Of a stretch of 64,000 nt of DNA, positions 52,645 through 61,335 are shown piece by piece. This DNA is from Candidatus Bathyarchaeia archaeon (GTDB lineage Archaea; Thermoproteota; Bathyarchaeia; Bathyarchaeales; Bathycorpusculaceae), in the NCBI GenBank assembly GCA_049515895.1, contig JBEKTQ010000003.1:98594-162593 (forward strand), in the 5' to 3' direction. The notes under the pieces were generated by a model. The model saw only the letters and a program-made list of their open reading frames with translations. It was not told the DNA's origin and did no database searches. Every line of letters starts with the position of its first letter. The stretch's first letter is position 1. Position numbers and translations under genes: made by a program.

Positions 52645-52938
52645 AAACCTGAATTCAAAGGATTTGAATCTAAAGAATCCTTTTCCGCAATTTCATTTAT
52701 GCAATCTATGCTCTAACAAAAACCAGGATGGATTTAACCAGCTCTTGTGACACCTGTGGCATAATTGCTCGTAATGTATAACGCCCATCTTAACTAACAT
52801 TTCATAAATTCATCAATGTCGACAAAAGGGCCTGATATCCGTTGAGTTGTGTATGCTATGACAATCACAAATGTTTAAGAATCAATTCACCATTGAACAC
52901 ATACTGTAGCCGTCGATTTTCCGAGGGGAGGTGAGTTC

Positions 52939-53460
52939 TTGCCGAAAATTAATCCAGGCTCAAATGTCTATGAAGATAATGACACACGAACCGCGCGTCC
53001 AGGCGGTCTACAAGAGACTGACATTATTGAACCCAACATGGACGACAAGGGCAAACTGCATTGCCCCCTATGCGAAAGAGTTTTCAATTCAAGAGAAGAC
53101 TACATCAGCCACGCCTTATCGAAGCACCAAACCAGCGAACCAGACCTTGCTCGAAAACTTTTAGCCCCAGTTTCCTACGATCATGGTTTTCATTTTTTTA
53201 CATCTATAGGCCGATACACGGGAGAAACAGCTGTGAGTTTGGCAACCTTTGCCAAAGAAGTTGAAGTCGCACCAATAGAGTCAATTGATTTTCATTTCAA
53301 AAGAGCTGACTTCCAAAAGTGGATATCAGATACTGTTGGAGATGCTGTATTGGCAACATCAATCGAAAACATCGAGAAGGAACTTGCTGACGAACCATTG
53401 AGAAGAAGACTTATCGAAGTCATAAACACACGGGTAAAGGAACTAGAAAATCAAACATAA
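52939..53460 (+). CDS. C2H2 zinc finger plus DUF5752-like domain protein
   Basis: CPLCERVFNSREDYISHALSKH then FHFFTSIG..TG..A.SL..F...IDFH..RADFQKWI. Confidence 0.75.
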   Translation: MPKINPGSNVYEDNDTRTARPGGLQETDIIEPNMDDKGKLHCPLCERVFNSREDYISHALSKHQTSEPDLARKLLAPVSYDHGFHFFTSIGRYTGETAVSLATFAKEVEVAPIESIDFHFKRADFQKWISDTVGDAVLATSIENIEKELADEPLRRRLIEVINTRVKELENQT

Positions 53461-54034
53461 TTCGCATAGAATCTCGGTTCAAAAATCCAAGAAATAGTGT
53501 GCTTGAACCTGTTCAGGCCTGCGTATCGGCGACCGCACCAGACTTCTTTTTCAGATTCATCAAAGATAAAACCTTGACTTTTCAACGACAGAAATAGAAA
53601 GTGGACGTCATTAGAAAAATTCGGGAAAATAAAAATTCTTATCCTTGTTGATTTTTTTCAGAGAATTCGGGAGAAAAATGGAGATTTTAAGAGATTTCTA
53701 GAGATTTTTAGATGCAACCTGCATGCGATCCAAGCTGCAAACACAAAAAGCAACTGAAAGAGCAGAGTTTCTGGGTCAAAAAACATCAGCTAACGCTTCT
53801 GGAGGCTTCTTGCGTTTGCGCTCTTTCCGGATTTTTTTTGAACCATCCTGTTTTGACGGTAGTGGCCGCGTACTGACTTTAGTTGACGTTAGTTGACGCA
53901 ACCTGCAGATGATTTAAGCTTTTCCACAAAAAAGCAACCCAAAACACAAACAACAAAACTGCGGAAGTTTTCCGAGTTGTACGTCGCCATTTGTGACGAA
54001 ACAACCGCAAAAAAATAATTCAAGCTGAAAAGCG

Positions 54035-54913
54035 CTAGAGAAGTGGGAGAATCACGAGCCCAGTAATTAAGCCGCTTGCTAGGCCGAGCAGGATTGGGAA
54101 GGGTAAGCCTGGGAAGATGCCTTTTCGTTCAAGCATGAAGAACGTGATGATTGAGCCCGCCAAGATGCCGATCACCGAGACCAGGCAGGGCAACACGCTT
54201 GATGGGAAGCTGAAGAACATGGCGCCTGTGAGCATCGAGTAGAACACTAAATCGCCTAGGCCCATCTGGATGTCCCGAAAGTCGTAGCTTAAACCCTGCA
54301 GGTCCTCAAGCCCCCCCGCTGACTGAGCGATCTTGCCGACTGGCCCCCGATAAACCGCGAACACATCGTAGACCGCCAGAAAAGCCAGAATCAGCACAGC
54401 AGTCCAAAGCTGGATTTCAAACCCGAAGAAGATACCAAGCGCGCCGCCTATTCCAATAACCGCCACGTTCCGAGCGATGCTGCCTAAACGGAAAATCGCA
54501 AAATCAACCAACACCGTGATAACTATGGATAAGGGGATCCACAGAAACCCAACGCTTGGAAAATAAGACAGGATCGCGGCTAAATAGACAAGCGACAATA
54601 GCAGGGAAGCCGTTGTCATGGCCACAACGATTAATCCTTTGATGATTCTTCGGCTTTTACGCTTGAGCAGAAGATAGAAAACTGTTGCTGCCACAGCCAC
54701 CAATATAACGAAGTACAAGGCGTTGCCGAAGGACCCCGAAGCTGTGTTCTGGGGAAGAGGTGTGACGGGAATGGTTGCCGGCTGCTGAGGCTTAAGAAGA
54801 TACGCGCAGCCTAAACCGAAAACGATGCTTGCCAGTATCGGAATCAAATAAACCCCTTCAAACCTGAAACGATCCAGCTCCTTAGCCTGACCCTCAGTCT
54901 GCTGCTCACTCAT
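54035..54913 (-). CDS. Presenilin-family (GxGD) intramembrane aspartyl protease
   Basis: AVYDVFAV, MGLGDLVFY, PGLP. Confidence 0.88.
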   Translation of the reverse strand: MSEQQTEGQAKELDRFRFEGVYLIPILASIVFGLGCAYLLKPQQPATIPVTPLPQNTASGSFGNALYFVILVAVAATVFYLLLKRKSRRIIKGLIVVAMTTASLLLSLVYLAAILSYFPSVGFLWIPLSIVITVLVDFAIFRLGSIARNVAVIGIGGALGIFFGFEIQLWTAVLILAFLAVYDVFAVYRGPVGKIAQSAGGLEDLQGLSYDFRDIQMGLGDLVFYSMLTGAMFFSFPSSVLPCLVSVIGILAGSIITFFMLERKGIFPGLPFPILLGLASGLITGLVILPLL

Positions 54914-55057
54914 ACTTTTTCCCTAATACTTTTAATCGACGATAATGCCCAAAAATAGTCTTGCCCACAGAATAATGTTTCCCTTTTTATCCATGAAAAA
55001 AATCGCGTTTGAAAAATGAACGACGCACGAGCCTTTGGCCAATCTTCAAAGGAACGC

Positions 55058-56323
55058 CTAAATCTGATATGTTTCTCCTGTCCTCGGCGCTTCAGCCTCC
55101 AACCCCAACTCAGTTTTCGCCCAGTTCGCAAGCAATTCACAGTTGCCCTCGGCACCGTGCACAGCGAAAACCTTGGGTTTGCCTCCGAGGCGTCTTAGTC
55201 CCTCTTTAAGCTGGCTCGCTCCGCAGTGAGATGAGAAGTCAAAATGTCTGTACTGAGCCTTAACCTTACGCACTTTGCCGTCAATCGTGGTGACCCCTTT
55301 ATCCAGCAGCTGTTTGCCAGGCGTACCAGGAATCTGATAGCTAACCAGGAAAATGGCGTTACCCGCCTTCTTACCTATCTTGGAAATGTAAAACTGGGAT
55401 GGACCACCCTTTAACATGCCTGCAGGCGAAATGATTACGCATGGATCCTTCGATGCCCTGCGGCGGTCACGCCACCCGTCAACCCAGTCAAGCGAATGCA
55501 TGGCGTTGGTGAAAAGTCGGGGGTCTCTAAGAAACTCTTTGTGATCCATTATTATTCTGCTTGCTTCTCGAGCCATTCCGTCTAGAACGACGGGGAACTC
55601 GAAATGATTCGCTGCCAACACGCAGGCAATCTCCTGGGCGCGTCCTACGCCGAACGCTGGCACCAGAACAGTTCCGCCCCGCTCAACTATGTCAGTCGCT
55701 GCCTCAGCGAAACTTTTCTCAAGCTCAGGCCGCGATGTGTGATCTTCATTCGCGTAGGTGCTCTCTGTTATAACTGCGTCGAAATCGCCGTAATCCATTG
55801 ATGCGCCCTTTAGCAGCATTGTGTTTTCCATGTTGTAGTCGCCGGTGAAAAGAATTTTTTTGCCGTCTGCTTCAACCTGCACCTGGGCGCTCCCAGGCGT
55901 GTGGCCTGCATCAAGCAGTTTGATCTTCATGTCCCCGATGGTTTCCTCCACGCCAAAATCCAAATGCTTGTTGTTTCGCATCAAAGTTTTAAGCTCAAGA
56001 TACTCAAACGGCAAATAGTAACTTGACAAATGAATAAAATCCTGAATTAGAATTTGCGTTAACTCAAGGTTAAGCTTGTTCGTGTACAGGGGCTTCTGGT
56101 CGTTAATGTAGAAGATTGGCAGCGCGCCTGAATGATCCAAGTGACTATGAGTTAGAATTAACCCGTCAACATCTTTAGGCGGGACATGCATCGGAAAACC
56201 AGGCTCATTGGCAAGCATGACACCATAGTCTAACACGATCTGTGTCTTCTCTGATTTGACGGTTATGCCTATTCTGCCGACTTCTCTCGCGCCGCCTAAA
56301 AATCCAACTTGCAACAGAACCAA
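55058..56323 (-). CDS. beta-CASP MBL-fold ribonuclease
   Basis: LGGAREVGR, THSHLDH, AGHTPGS, TGD, ESTY, FSSH, VHG. Confidence 0.9.
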   Translation of the reverse strand: MVLLQVGFLGGAREVGRIGITVKSEKTQIVLDYGVMLANEPGFPMHVPPKDVDGLILTHSHLDHSGALPIFYINDQKPLYTNKLNLELTQILIQDFIHLSSYYLPFEYLELKTLMRNNKHLDFGVEETIGDMKIKLLDAGHTPGSAQVQVEADGKKILFTGDYNMENTMLLKGASMDYGDFDAVITESTYANEDHTSRPELEKSFAEAATDIVERGGTVLVPAFGVGRAQEIACVLAANHFEFPVVLDGMAREASRIIMDHKEFLRDPRLFTNAMHSLDWVDGWRDRRRASKDPCVIISPAGMLKGGPSQFYISKIGKKAGNAIFLVSYQIPGTPGKQLLDKGVTTIDGKVRKVKAQYRHFDFSSHCGASQLKEGLRRLGGKPKVFAVHGAEGNCELLANWAKTELGLEAEAPRTGETYQI

Positions 56324-56808
56324 TCCTTTGTCGTTATGTTCTCAGTTTACCCTTAGCATTTAGAAATGAACTCTGCTCTTTTAAAAACATATTACCAAAG
56401 TAATACCTGGGTAATATTATTTAAATTGAGCAGCCTCCATTTCTATGTTTACTCCATTTTTGATTCAAGTCTAATCTATCCGACAAATTTAACACTTTCC
56501 ATGCTTGACACTGTTAAGTTACCTGATTTGGGTTATTTTCTCATTATATGGCTTCATAGACCAAGCAACAAACTTTGAGTTATGCCTCTCATGTAGATTC
56601 GCGAGGGGTTAGGTCTAAACACCTCCTCCCTGTGTTTGCATTGTAGTGTATACAAAAAATTATTTGGCACTTTTAGCGGTAAGCGAAAGGTTATCCATGC
56701 TAATTAAATTTAAGACTTTTTTATCTGCTAAGTGTTGCGTTTTTGGATGAAAACCCAACACTTCTTTTGTGCCAATTTTGTTGAAAAAAGTTAAATACTG
56801 ATAGCTCC

Positions 56809-56914
56809 AACCAAGGAAGTTGGCAACAAGGGCAAGCGCACCGAATCGAAGTTGCCTGCATTCCAGCAGGATTAACTGAGATCCGTTGCCCTTGTTGCTC
56901 GTTACTTCTTGGTT
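56809..56914 (-). ncRNA. Candidate rod-shaped structured RNA
   Basis: Nested inverted repeats including a perfect 13-bp GCAACAAGGGCAA/TTGCCCTTGTTGC; G-U pairing favours the minus strand; minus-strand TATA at 56978-84 and U-run near 56784-89. Confidence 0.45.
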
Positions 56915-57120
56915 CTTCAAAGAACAGCAAACTAAAGTTTACCGTTTCTAAACCGTGTCACATTTTGTGACGTTCTAAATATAAGCTTTTGCCCTTAGTG
57001 TATACAAGAAAAATCCTCCGACGTGCGTGCTCACTGTTTTACAAGTAAAACGGTTTCAACTTTTTTGGGCTCGTGCGGCCAAAAAATTTTTGGGGTAAAA
57101 AAATAAACGTGTCTTTAGGA

Positions 57121-57696
57121 TTAACCAATGTTAACGAGACCGATTTTATTTTGAATTTGTATTGGGATTGTTGCGTTGAGGAATGGAAAGCGATTCTTAT
57201 TTTCTTCTTTATGCTCAATGACATTAATTCCAGAAGAGGTAATTCTTCTCGGCTCAATACGCTTATTATCAAAAATAGCGACACTTTCAATCAGTTTTTC
57301 CTGTTCAAGGTATATCAAATTAAAATCAAGAACATTTCTGTCAACATTAACGACTTCATTAATCTCTTTTACACCGACACTTGCGTCTTTAGGGTTTGTT
57401 TCTGCCTTTTTATAAAGAACCGATAATATCGAGTTTCTAATTTGATCATGAGATAGCGTAGAATCACCTTTGCCCTTTTCCTTTTTAATTGGAAGAACGT
57501 GAATAAACAAAATATAATACATTATAAGATTTAATATTAAACCGATAACAATCAAAACTAAAATCAGTTCAACATAAAAGTCCAGAACCTTTCCTGTTAC
57601 ATAATCAACTGTGACATTCCAAATTCCTTGGGCTGCTAAGGAAATGAATATTCCTAATATTAAGCTAAAAACGTCAATTTTTTTAATTTTTTGCAT
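57121..57696 (-). CDS. Two-TM protein with a C-terminal winged-helix-like domain
   Basis: Two hydrophobic helices, then IRNSILSVLY...FNLIYLEQEKLI...RITSSGINVIE. Confidence 0.65.
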   Translation of the reverse strand: MQKIKKIDVFSLILGIFISLAAQGIWNVTVDYVTGKVLDFYVELILVLIVIGLILNLIMYYILFIHVLPIKKEKGKGDSTLSHDQIRNSILSVLYKKAETNPKDASVGVKEINEVVNVDRNVLDFNLIYLEQEKLIESVAIFDNKRIEPRRITSSGINVIEHKEENKNRFPFLNATIPIQIQNKIGLVNIG

Positions 57697-57698
57697 AT

Positions 57699-57729
57699 TT
57701 ACGCTATTTCTATGCTATGCAGATTTAAG
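57699..57729 (-). repeat. 31-bp promoter-like repeat, copy 1 (CTTAAATCTGCATAGCATAGAAATAGCGTAA)
   Basis: 30/31 identical to 58515-58545; ends 2 nt before ATG 57696. Confidence 0.85.
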
Positions 57730-57931
57730 CTTTTTTTAAACCAAAAATAACCATGAGACCGCCAATTGCAACTATGACAGCGGCAATTATAATATCCCAA
57801 AAATACGAGCCTATAGCTGAAAGAATGTTAACTGTGGTTACCGTGTGTACCATGTGCGCGCCTGAGAAGTAACCAAAAACTAACCCAACAGCAATTAACA
57901 CTATTCCGATGCCAACAAGTAATGTTTTCAT
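57725..57931 (-). CDS. Small two-TM membrane protein
   Basis: 68 aa, two hydrophobic helices, ATGA overlap with the upstream gene. Confidence 0.65.
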   Translation of the reverse strand: MKTLLVGIGIVLIAVGLVFGYFSGAHMVHTVTTVNILSAIGSYFWDIIIAAVIVAIGGLMVIFGLKKA

Positions 57932-58428
57932 TTCGGTTTACTCTTTTCCGTTTTCTTTACGGGAACTAGTCCAAGTCGATGTGCTGATTCTTCTACCGCT
58001 TTCTGCCTTCTTTCCTGAATTTCAGCATTAGCAGGTTTTAACTGAGGTCTTATGAAAGCTACAATTTCTTCCACCGCTTTTACAAGTGTTTCGTCATGTT
58101 TGGAAGTTCCAAATTTAAGATAAGTATAGCAATGAGCAAGTTCGTGAATAATTTCAATAATTAAGGGAAATTCAAGAAGGTATATCTTTCTCTTTTTCCA
58201 GTCAAAACCTCCAACGTTTTCGGCATATTCCAGAGGTTGCTCTATTGATCCACGACCATAGCCAACAGTAAAATTGATTCCAAATTGTAATGCAATCAAT
58301 TTCACCAACTCATGTGCTTCACGCCAATCCACCGCATAACAAAGTTCTGGAAACCTGTCGTGTTCTGACCTGTAGTATCCAGATTCTAATGCTTTCTGGT
58401 TATCGTATTCAATCTCATTATTTTCCAT
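57928..58428 (-). CDS. Putative HEXXH zinc metalloprotease-like protein
   Basis: IIHELAHC...H motif. Confidence 0.6.
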   Translation of the reverse strand: MENNEIEYDNQKALESGYYRSEHDRFPELCYAVDWREAHELVKLIALQFGINFTVGYGRGSIEQPLEYAENVGGFDWKKRKIYLLEFPLIIEIIHELAHCYTYLKFGTSKHDETLVKAVEEIVAFIRPQLKPANAEIQERRQKAVEESAHRLGLVPVKKTEKSKPK

Positions 58429-58514
58429 TTTTGAATTCCTAACATTAATTTTTTCTAGTTCCGCTAAAATCAGTTTTCAAATCTCAGCATTTTTGTTTTC
58501 GCTCTTATTCACAC

Positions 58515-58545
58515 TTACGCTATTTCTACGCTATGCAGATTTAAG
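58515..58545 (-). repeat. 31-bp promoter-like repeat, copy 2
   Basis: CTTAAATCTGCATAGCGTAGAAATAGCGTAA, followed after 2 nt by GTG 58512. Confidence 0.85.
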
Positions 58546-58608
58546 ACTTATCTAACATAACCTAAGCACGCGCTCAAACTTTCGATAGAAGCTCAACTTA
58601 GTCAATTA

Positions 58609-59247
58609 TTAAGTTGTTTCTAGGAGCGCCATGTCTTCAGGTGCAAGAGTGCCAAAGTAAGATGCCAACTTATCACCTAATACTTTTCTTGTTTCTACCG
58701 ATAACTCTAGTATCTTTGATTCTAAGGGCGCCTCTTCTTGAGACTTTATTTGTTCACAAGCTATTTTGGTTATGTTTTTAAAATCAACCATGTAGCACCC
58801 TGTTGTAATATTTCCCTCTTGCCTATCAATATTGTATTCTGGAAGCTTAATGTGTTTCTCAAAAACGAATAAATATGGAAAAGCGTAAGCTAAGCCTTTA
58901 GCTTCACGTTTTTGTCTCTCCTGCTCGTCCATGGCTTCCCATGCTCTTGGTGGTATGGCTTGTTGAGGTGTTACTTTTTTATTGATTCTGGTCAAATCAT
59001 CAGCAAGATAAGGATTGGCAAATATTGAACTTCTAATGGGGATTAATGGAGATAGAGCAATCGTACCTCTCTCGATTTGGCAACAAGGGGACATGAGTGC
59101 TGAAAACAAAGGAAAATCAACGCTAATCTCGTACTTGCTAAAACTTCCGTTGAGAACAGGTTCTTCTATGATTGGAGTTGTATAGCAATACCCTTGTAAT
59201 ATATCACCAAATCTCAACGCTTTTGATGGGTTCTCGATATAAAACAT
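58609..59247 (-). CDS. Hypothetical protein (possible divergent PemK/MazF-like fold)
   Basis: LRFGDIL...MSPCCQI...LSPL...MVDF...LSVETR..L..KLA.YF; ATG 59247 preferred as start. Confidence 0.6.
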   Translation of the reverse strand: MFYIENPSKALRFGDILQGYCYTTPIIEEPVLNGSFSKYEISVDFPLFSALMSPCCQIERGTIALSPLIPIRSSIFANPYLADDLTRINKKVTPQQAIPPRAWEAMDEQERQKREAKGLAYAFPYLFVFEKHIKLPEYNIDRQEGNITTGCYMVDFKNITKIACEQIKSQEEAPLESKILELSVETRKVLGDKLASYFGTLAPEDMALLETT

Positions 59248-59379
59248 GCGACAGACCCTATTTAGGATAAAAAGCTTCTCCTCCATACAATATCGGGACA
59301 AGGTAGCGCGCTAGGGTAGCGATCGAGGCAGATTAGCAAATCTTAAATAAATGTAAATAATTATATATTTACAGAGGTC

Positions 59380-59868
59380 TTGGTGTTGAGGCCAACTTGC
59401 ACCTTAGCAACCCCACTTAGCCAAAAGCAAAAGACAGTTTGGTCACTATTAACCATGGGCTTATCGGCAGCCACGATCGCCGAAAAGCTCCAAACTACTC
59501 GACAGTTCGTAAACCAAACTAAACTGGCGGCAGAAGCAAAACTATCCGCCACTCTTTTGGACGTCGCTCAAGCTAACGATCTTCAAGTTACGAAACTTTA
59601 CCCGAAAGCAGGCATACTTCTAGCTTTTCATCCAGCTCTAAAACGCAAAGCCATACTCACCTACAGCACAAATTTCGGAATAAAAGTCTGGTACTGGCAC
59701 GATAATCCAGAAGAAGTCACTGACCAAGCCTTCCTCAACCAGACAAGACAATACCTGATGGACATTGCTAAAGAAAGAGGCATAGAGGTCGAAGGCATCG
59801 ATAAGCTTCACCCAGCCAAACTGGCACACATAATCTTCTCTAAACTCATCCCAGAGTTGAGAACATGA
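59380..59868 (+). CDS. Sigma70-region-4-like HTH regulator
   Basis: LSQKQKTVWSLLTMGLSAATIAEKLQTTRQFVNQT..AAEAKL; TTATATA box upstream. Confidence 0.7.
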   Translation: MVLRPTCTLATPLSQKQKTVWSLLTMGLSAATIAEKLQTTRQFVNQTKLAAEAKLSATLLDVAQANDLQVTKLYPKAGILLAFHPALKRKAILTYSTNFGIKVWYWHDNPEEVTDQAFLNQTRQYLMDIAKERGIEVEGIDKLHPAKLAHIIFSKLIPELRT

Positions 59869-60506
59869 ACGTCAAGAAAAGTTTAGAGAATCGCATTCGA
59901 GGCTGGCTACCAAAAGAAACAAACCTGCCCAGGCAGCCCACGCCAAGTTCTCAAAAAACTGTAAATAATCAAACCTTAATCCCACCTCAGACTGGAAACC
60001 TTCCAACTAAGACAGGATCGCGAGTAAGCCTTCTCTATGCACTCTGCGGTTTTATCTGGAGCTTTTTGGCCTTTCTACAAATTTTAAGAAGCTTGGCGTA
60101 CCCCTTTTTTTCTCCGTGGCAGTTAACTCTTTCAGTCGTGGGGGTGGGCTGCATTCTTGGCGTGGTTTTTGGCGGAGCAGTAGCAAGATGGCAACTCGGG
60201 ACTCTCACCAAGAAAGGCGAAATCAAGCCTATGCCAAAAATCTCAGTTTTACTGATTTTTACCGGGTCTATTTTGACATTGAGCGGGGTTTTGTTATATT
60301 TTTTGCCAGAAATGTCGCTGCAAAATCCACCAATGCTATTCATTGATTCCGTGGAATCGATGCTTCCTGCCAGTTGGTTCACGATATTTGCATTCTTTTC
60401 AAGCTGGGAGAGAAAATCCAAGAGAACAATTCTGTCAGATTGGTGGGGAGGACTCTACGTTGTCTTAAAAACGGATAACACTCAGGTGGAATCACGAACC
60501 CAATAA
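59865..60506 (+). CDS. Four-TM membrane protein with N-terminal LENRIRGWLPKE motif
   Basis: ATGA-coupled to the HTH gene; four hydrophobic helices. Confidence 0.75.
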   Translation: MNVKKSLENRIRGWLPKETNLPRQPTPSSQKTVNNQTLIPPQTGNLPTKTGSRVSLLYALCGFIWSFLAFLQILRSLAYPFFSPWQLTLSVVGVGCILGVVFGGAVARWQLGTLTKKGEIKPMPKISVLLIFTGSILTLSGVLLYFLPEMSLQNPPMLFIDSVESMLPASWFTIFAFFSSWERKSKRTILSDWWGGLYVVLKTDNTQVESRTQ

Positions 60507-60811
60507 GATATTTAGAGAATCGTATTCGCGGCTGGCTTCCAAAGGAGTCTTCTTTGCCAAGTCCCCAGAAAACCGCTGTGTTCTCATTTGTAAACAGGTT
60601 TAAGCGGCTTTTCAAGATTCAAGAGATTCCAAACGCGGCAATTATTATAATTATGGTAAGTATCTTCTTATCGTTTGGTTTAATCTCTAATTTTTATGAT
60701 GGTTACGGTCTGGCATATAATCTATTTCAAGGGGTCTTTATGTCGCTATTCACTGGAGGAGTGCTGTACGGAGTGATGATTTTAATTCGGCGACGAAAAC
60801 GTCGTACGTAA
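60494..60811 (+). CDS. Second LENRIRGWLPKE-motif membrane protein (ACG start or decayed start)
   Basis: In-frame extension of ORF 60554 gives (ACG)NPIRYLENRIRGWLPKESSLP; AGGTGG RBS; in-frame TAA at 60476 upstream. Confidence 0.65.
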   Translation, partial: TNPIRYLENRIRGWLPKESSLPSPQKTAVFSFVNRFKRLFKIQEIPNAAIIIIMVSIFLSFGLISNFYDGYGLAYNLFQGVFMSLFTGGVLYGVMILIRRRKRRT

Positions 60812-60923
60812 AGCGCGCGCATTACTGAACAAAAGAAAGTTCACTGCTTTGTCCCTAAATGTTTATAGCACGTGCTGATTGCTAATTGCGAAGCTATCTT
60901 TGGGATATTTGAACTATGGAAGC

Positions 60924-61061
60924 TTAAGTAGAGCTTGTAGGCAGATTTTTCCTTTTGGTTTTCAGTCTCTTTTCGAACTCGGAAGAGAAAGGCATGGCGA
61001 CAAAAACTTCATTTGTCTTATCAGCTGGTCTAAATAAATCGATGTAAACCTTTGGATACAT
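60924..61061 (-). pseudogene. Truncated N-terminal fragment with VFVAMPF (NDT/TIR-like) motif
   Basis: MYPKVYIDLFRPADKTNEVFVAMPFSSEFEKR then unrelated residues and a stop at 45 aa; GGTGTGAAGG RBS. Confidence 0.5.
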
Positions 61062-61242
61062 GTCCTTCACACCTTTTTCCTTTTTATACTCGTTTAGATA
61101 TGCTTCCCGAAAAATATTAAGTTGATAGCAAAACTAGGCAGAACATGAGTGACAGCCTCATATTAGGTTAGACAGGAAGGTTTTCTCAAATTAGCTTTAG
61201 GTATCACTATGTTACTTTTAGGGATGCTAATACTGCTTTTAT

Positions 61243-61335
61243 TGTCTTTGTCTGTTTGTCTGTCTCCGTCTGTCTGGGTCTGTTTGTTTGTCTGTCTGTC
61301 GGGGAGGCGGGGGGTGTGGGAAAGAAGAGAGAGAG
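61243..61335. repeat. Low-complexity (TGTC/TGTT)n tract followed by G-runs and (GA)n
   Basis: Directly visible in the sequence. Confidence 0.8.

Noticed and set aside
244-55801. Numerous short ORF-track entries antisense to or out of frame within housekeeping genes
   Set aside because: Shadow ORFs without recognisable motifs or translation signals.
56809-56914. SRP RNA, RNase P RNA or tRNA
   Set aside because: Lacks the SRP helix-8 motif, RNase P conserved regions and a cloverleaf/T-loop.
58477-58479. Selenocysteine codon
   Set aside because: No SECIS-like element or redox-motif context recognised.
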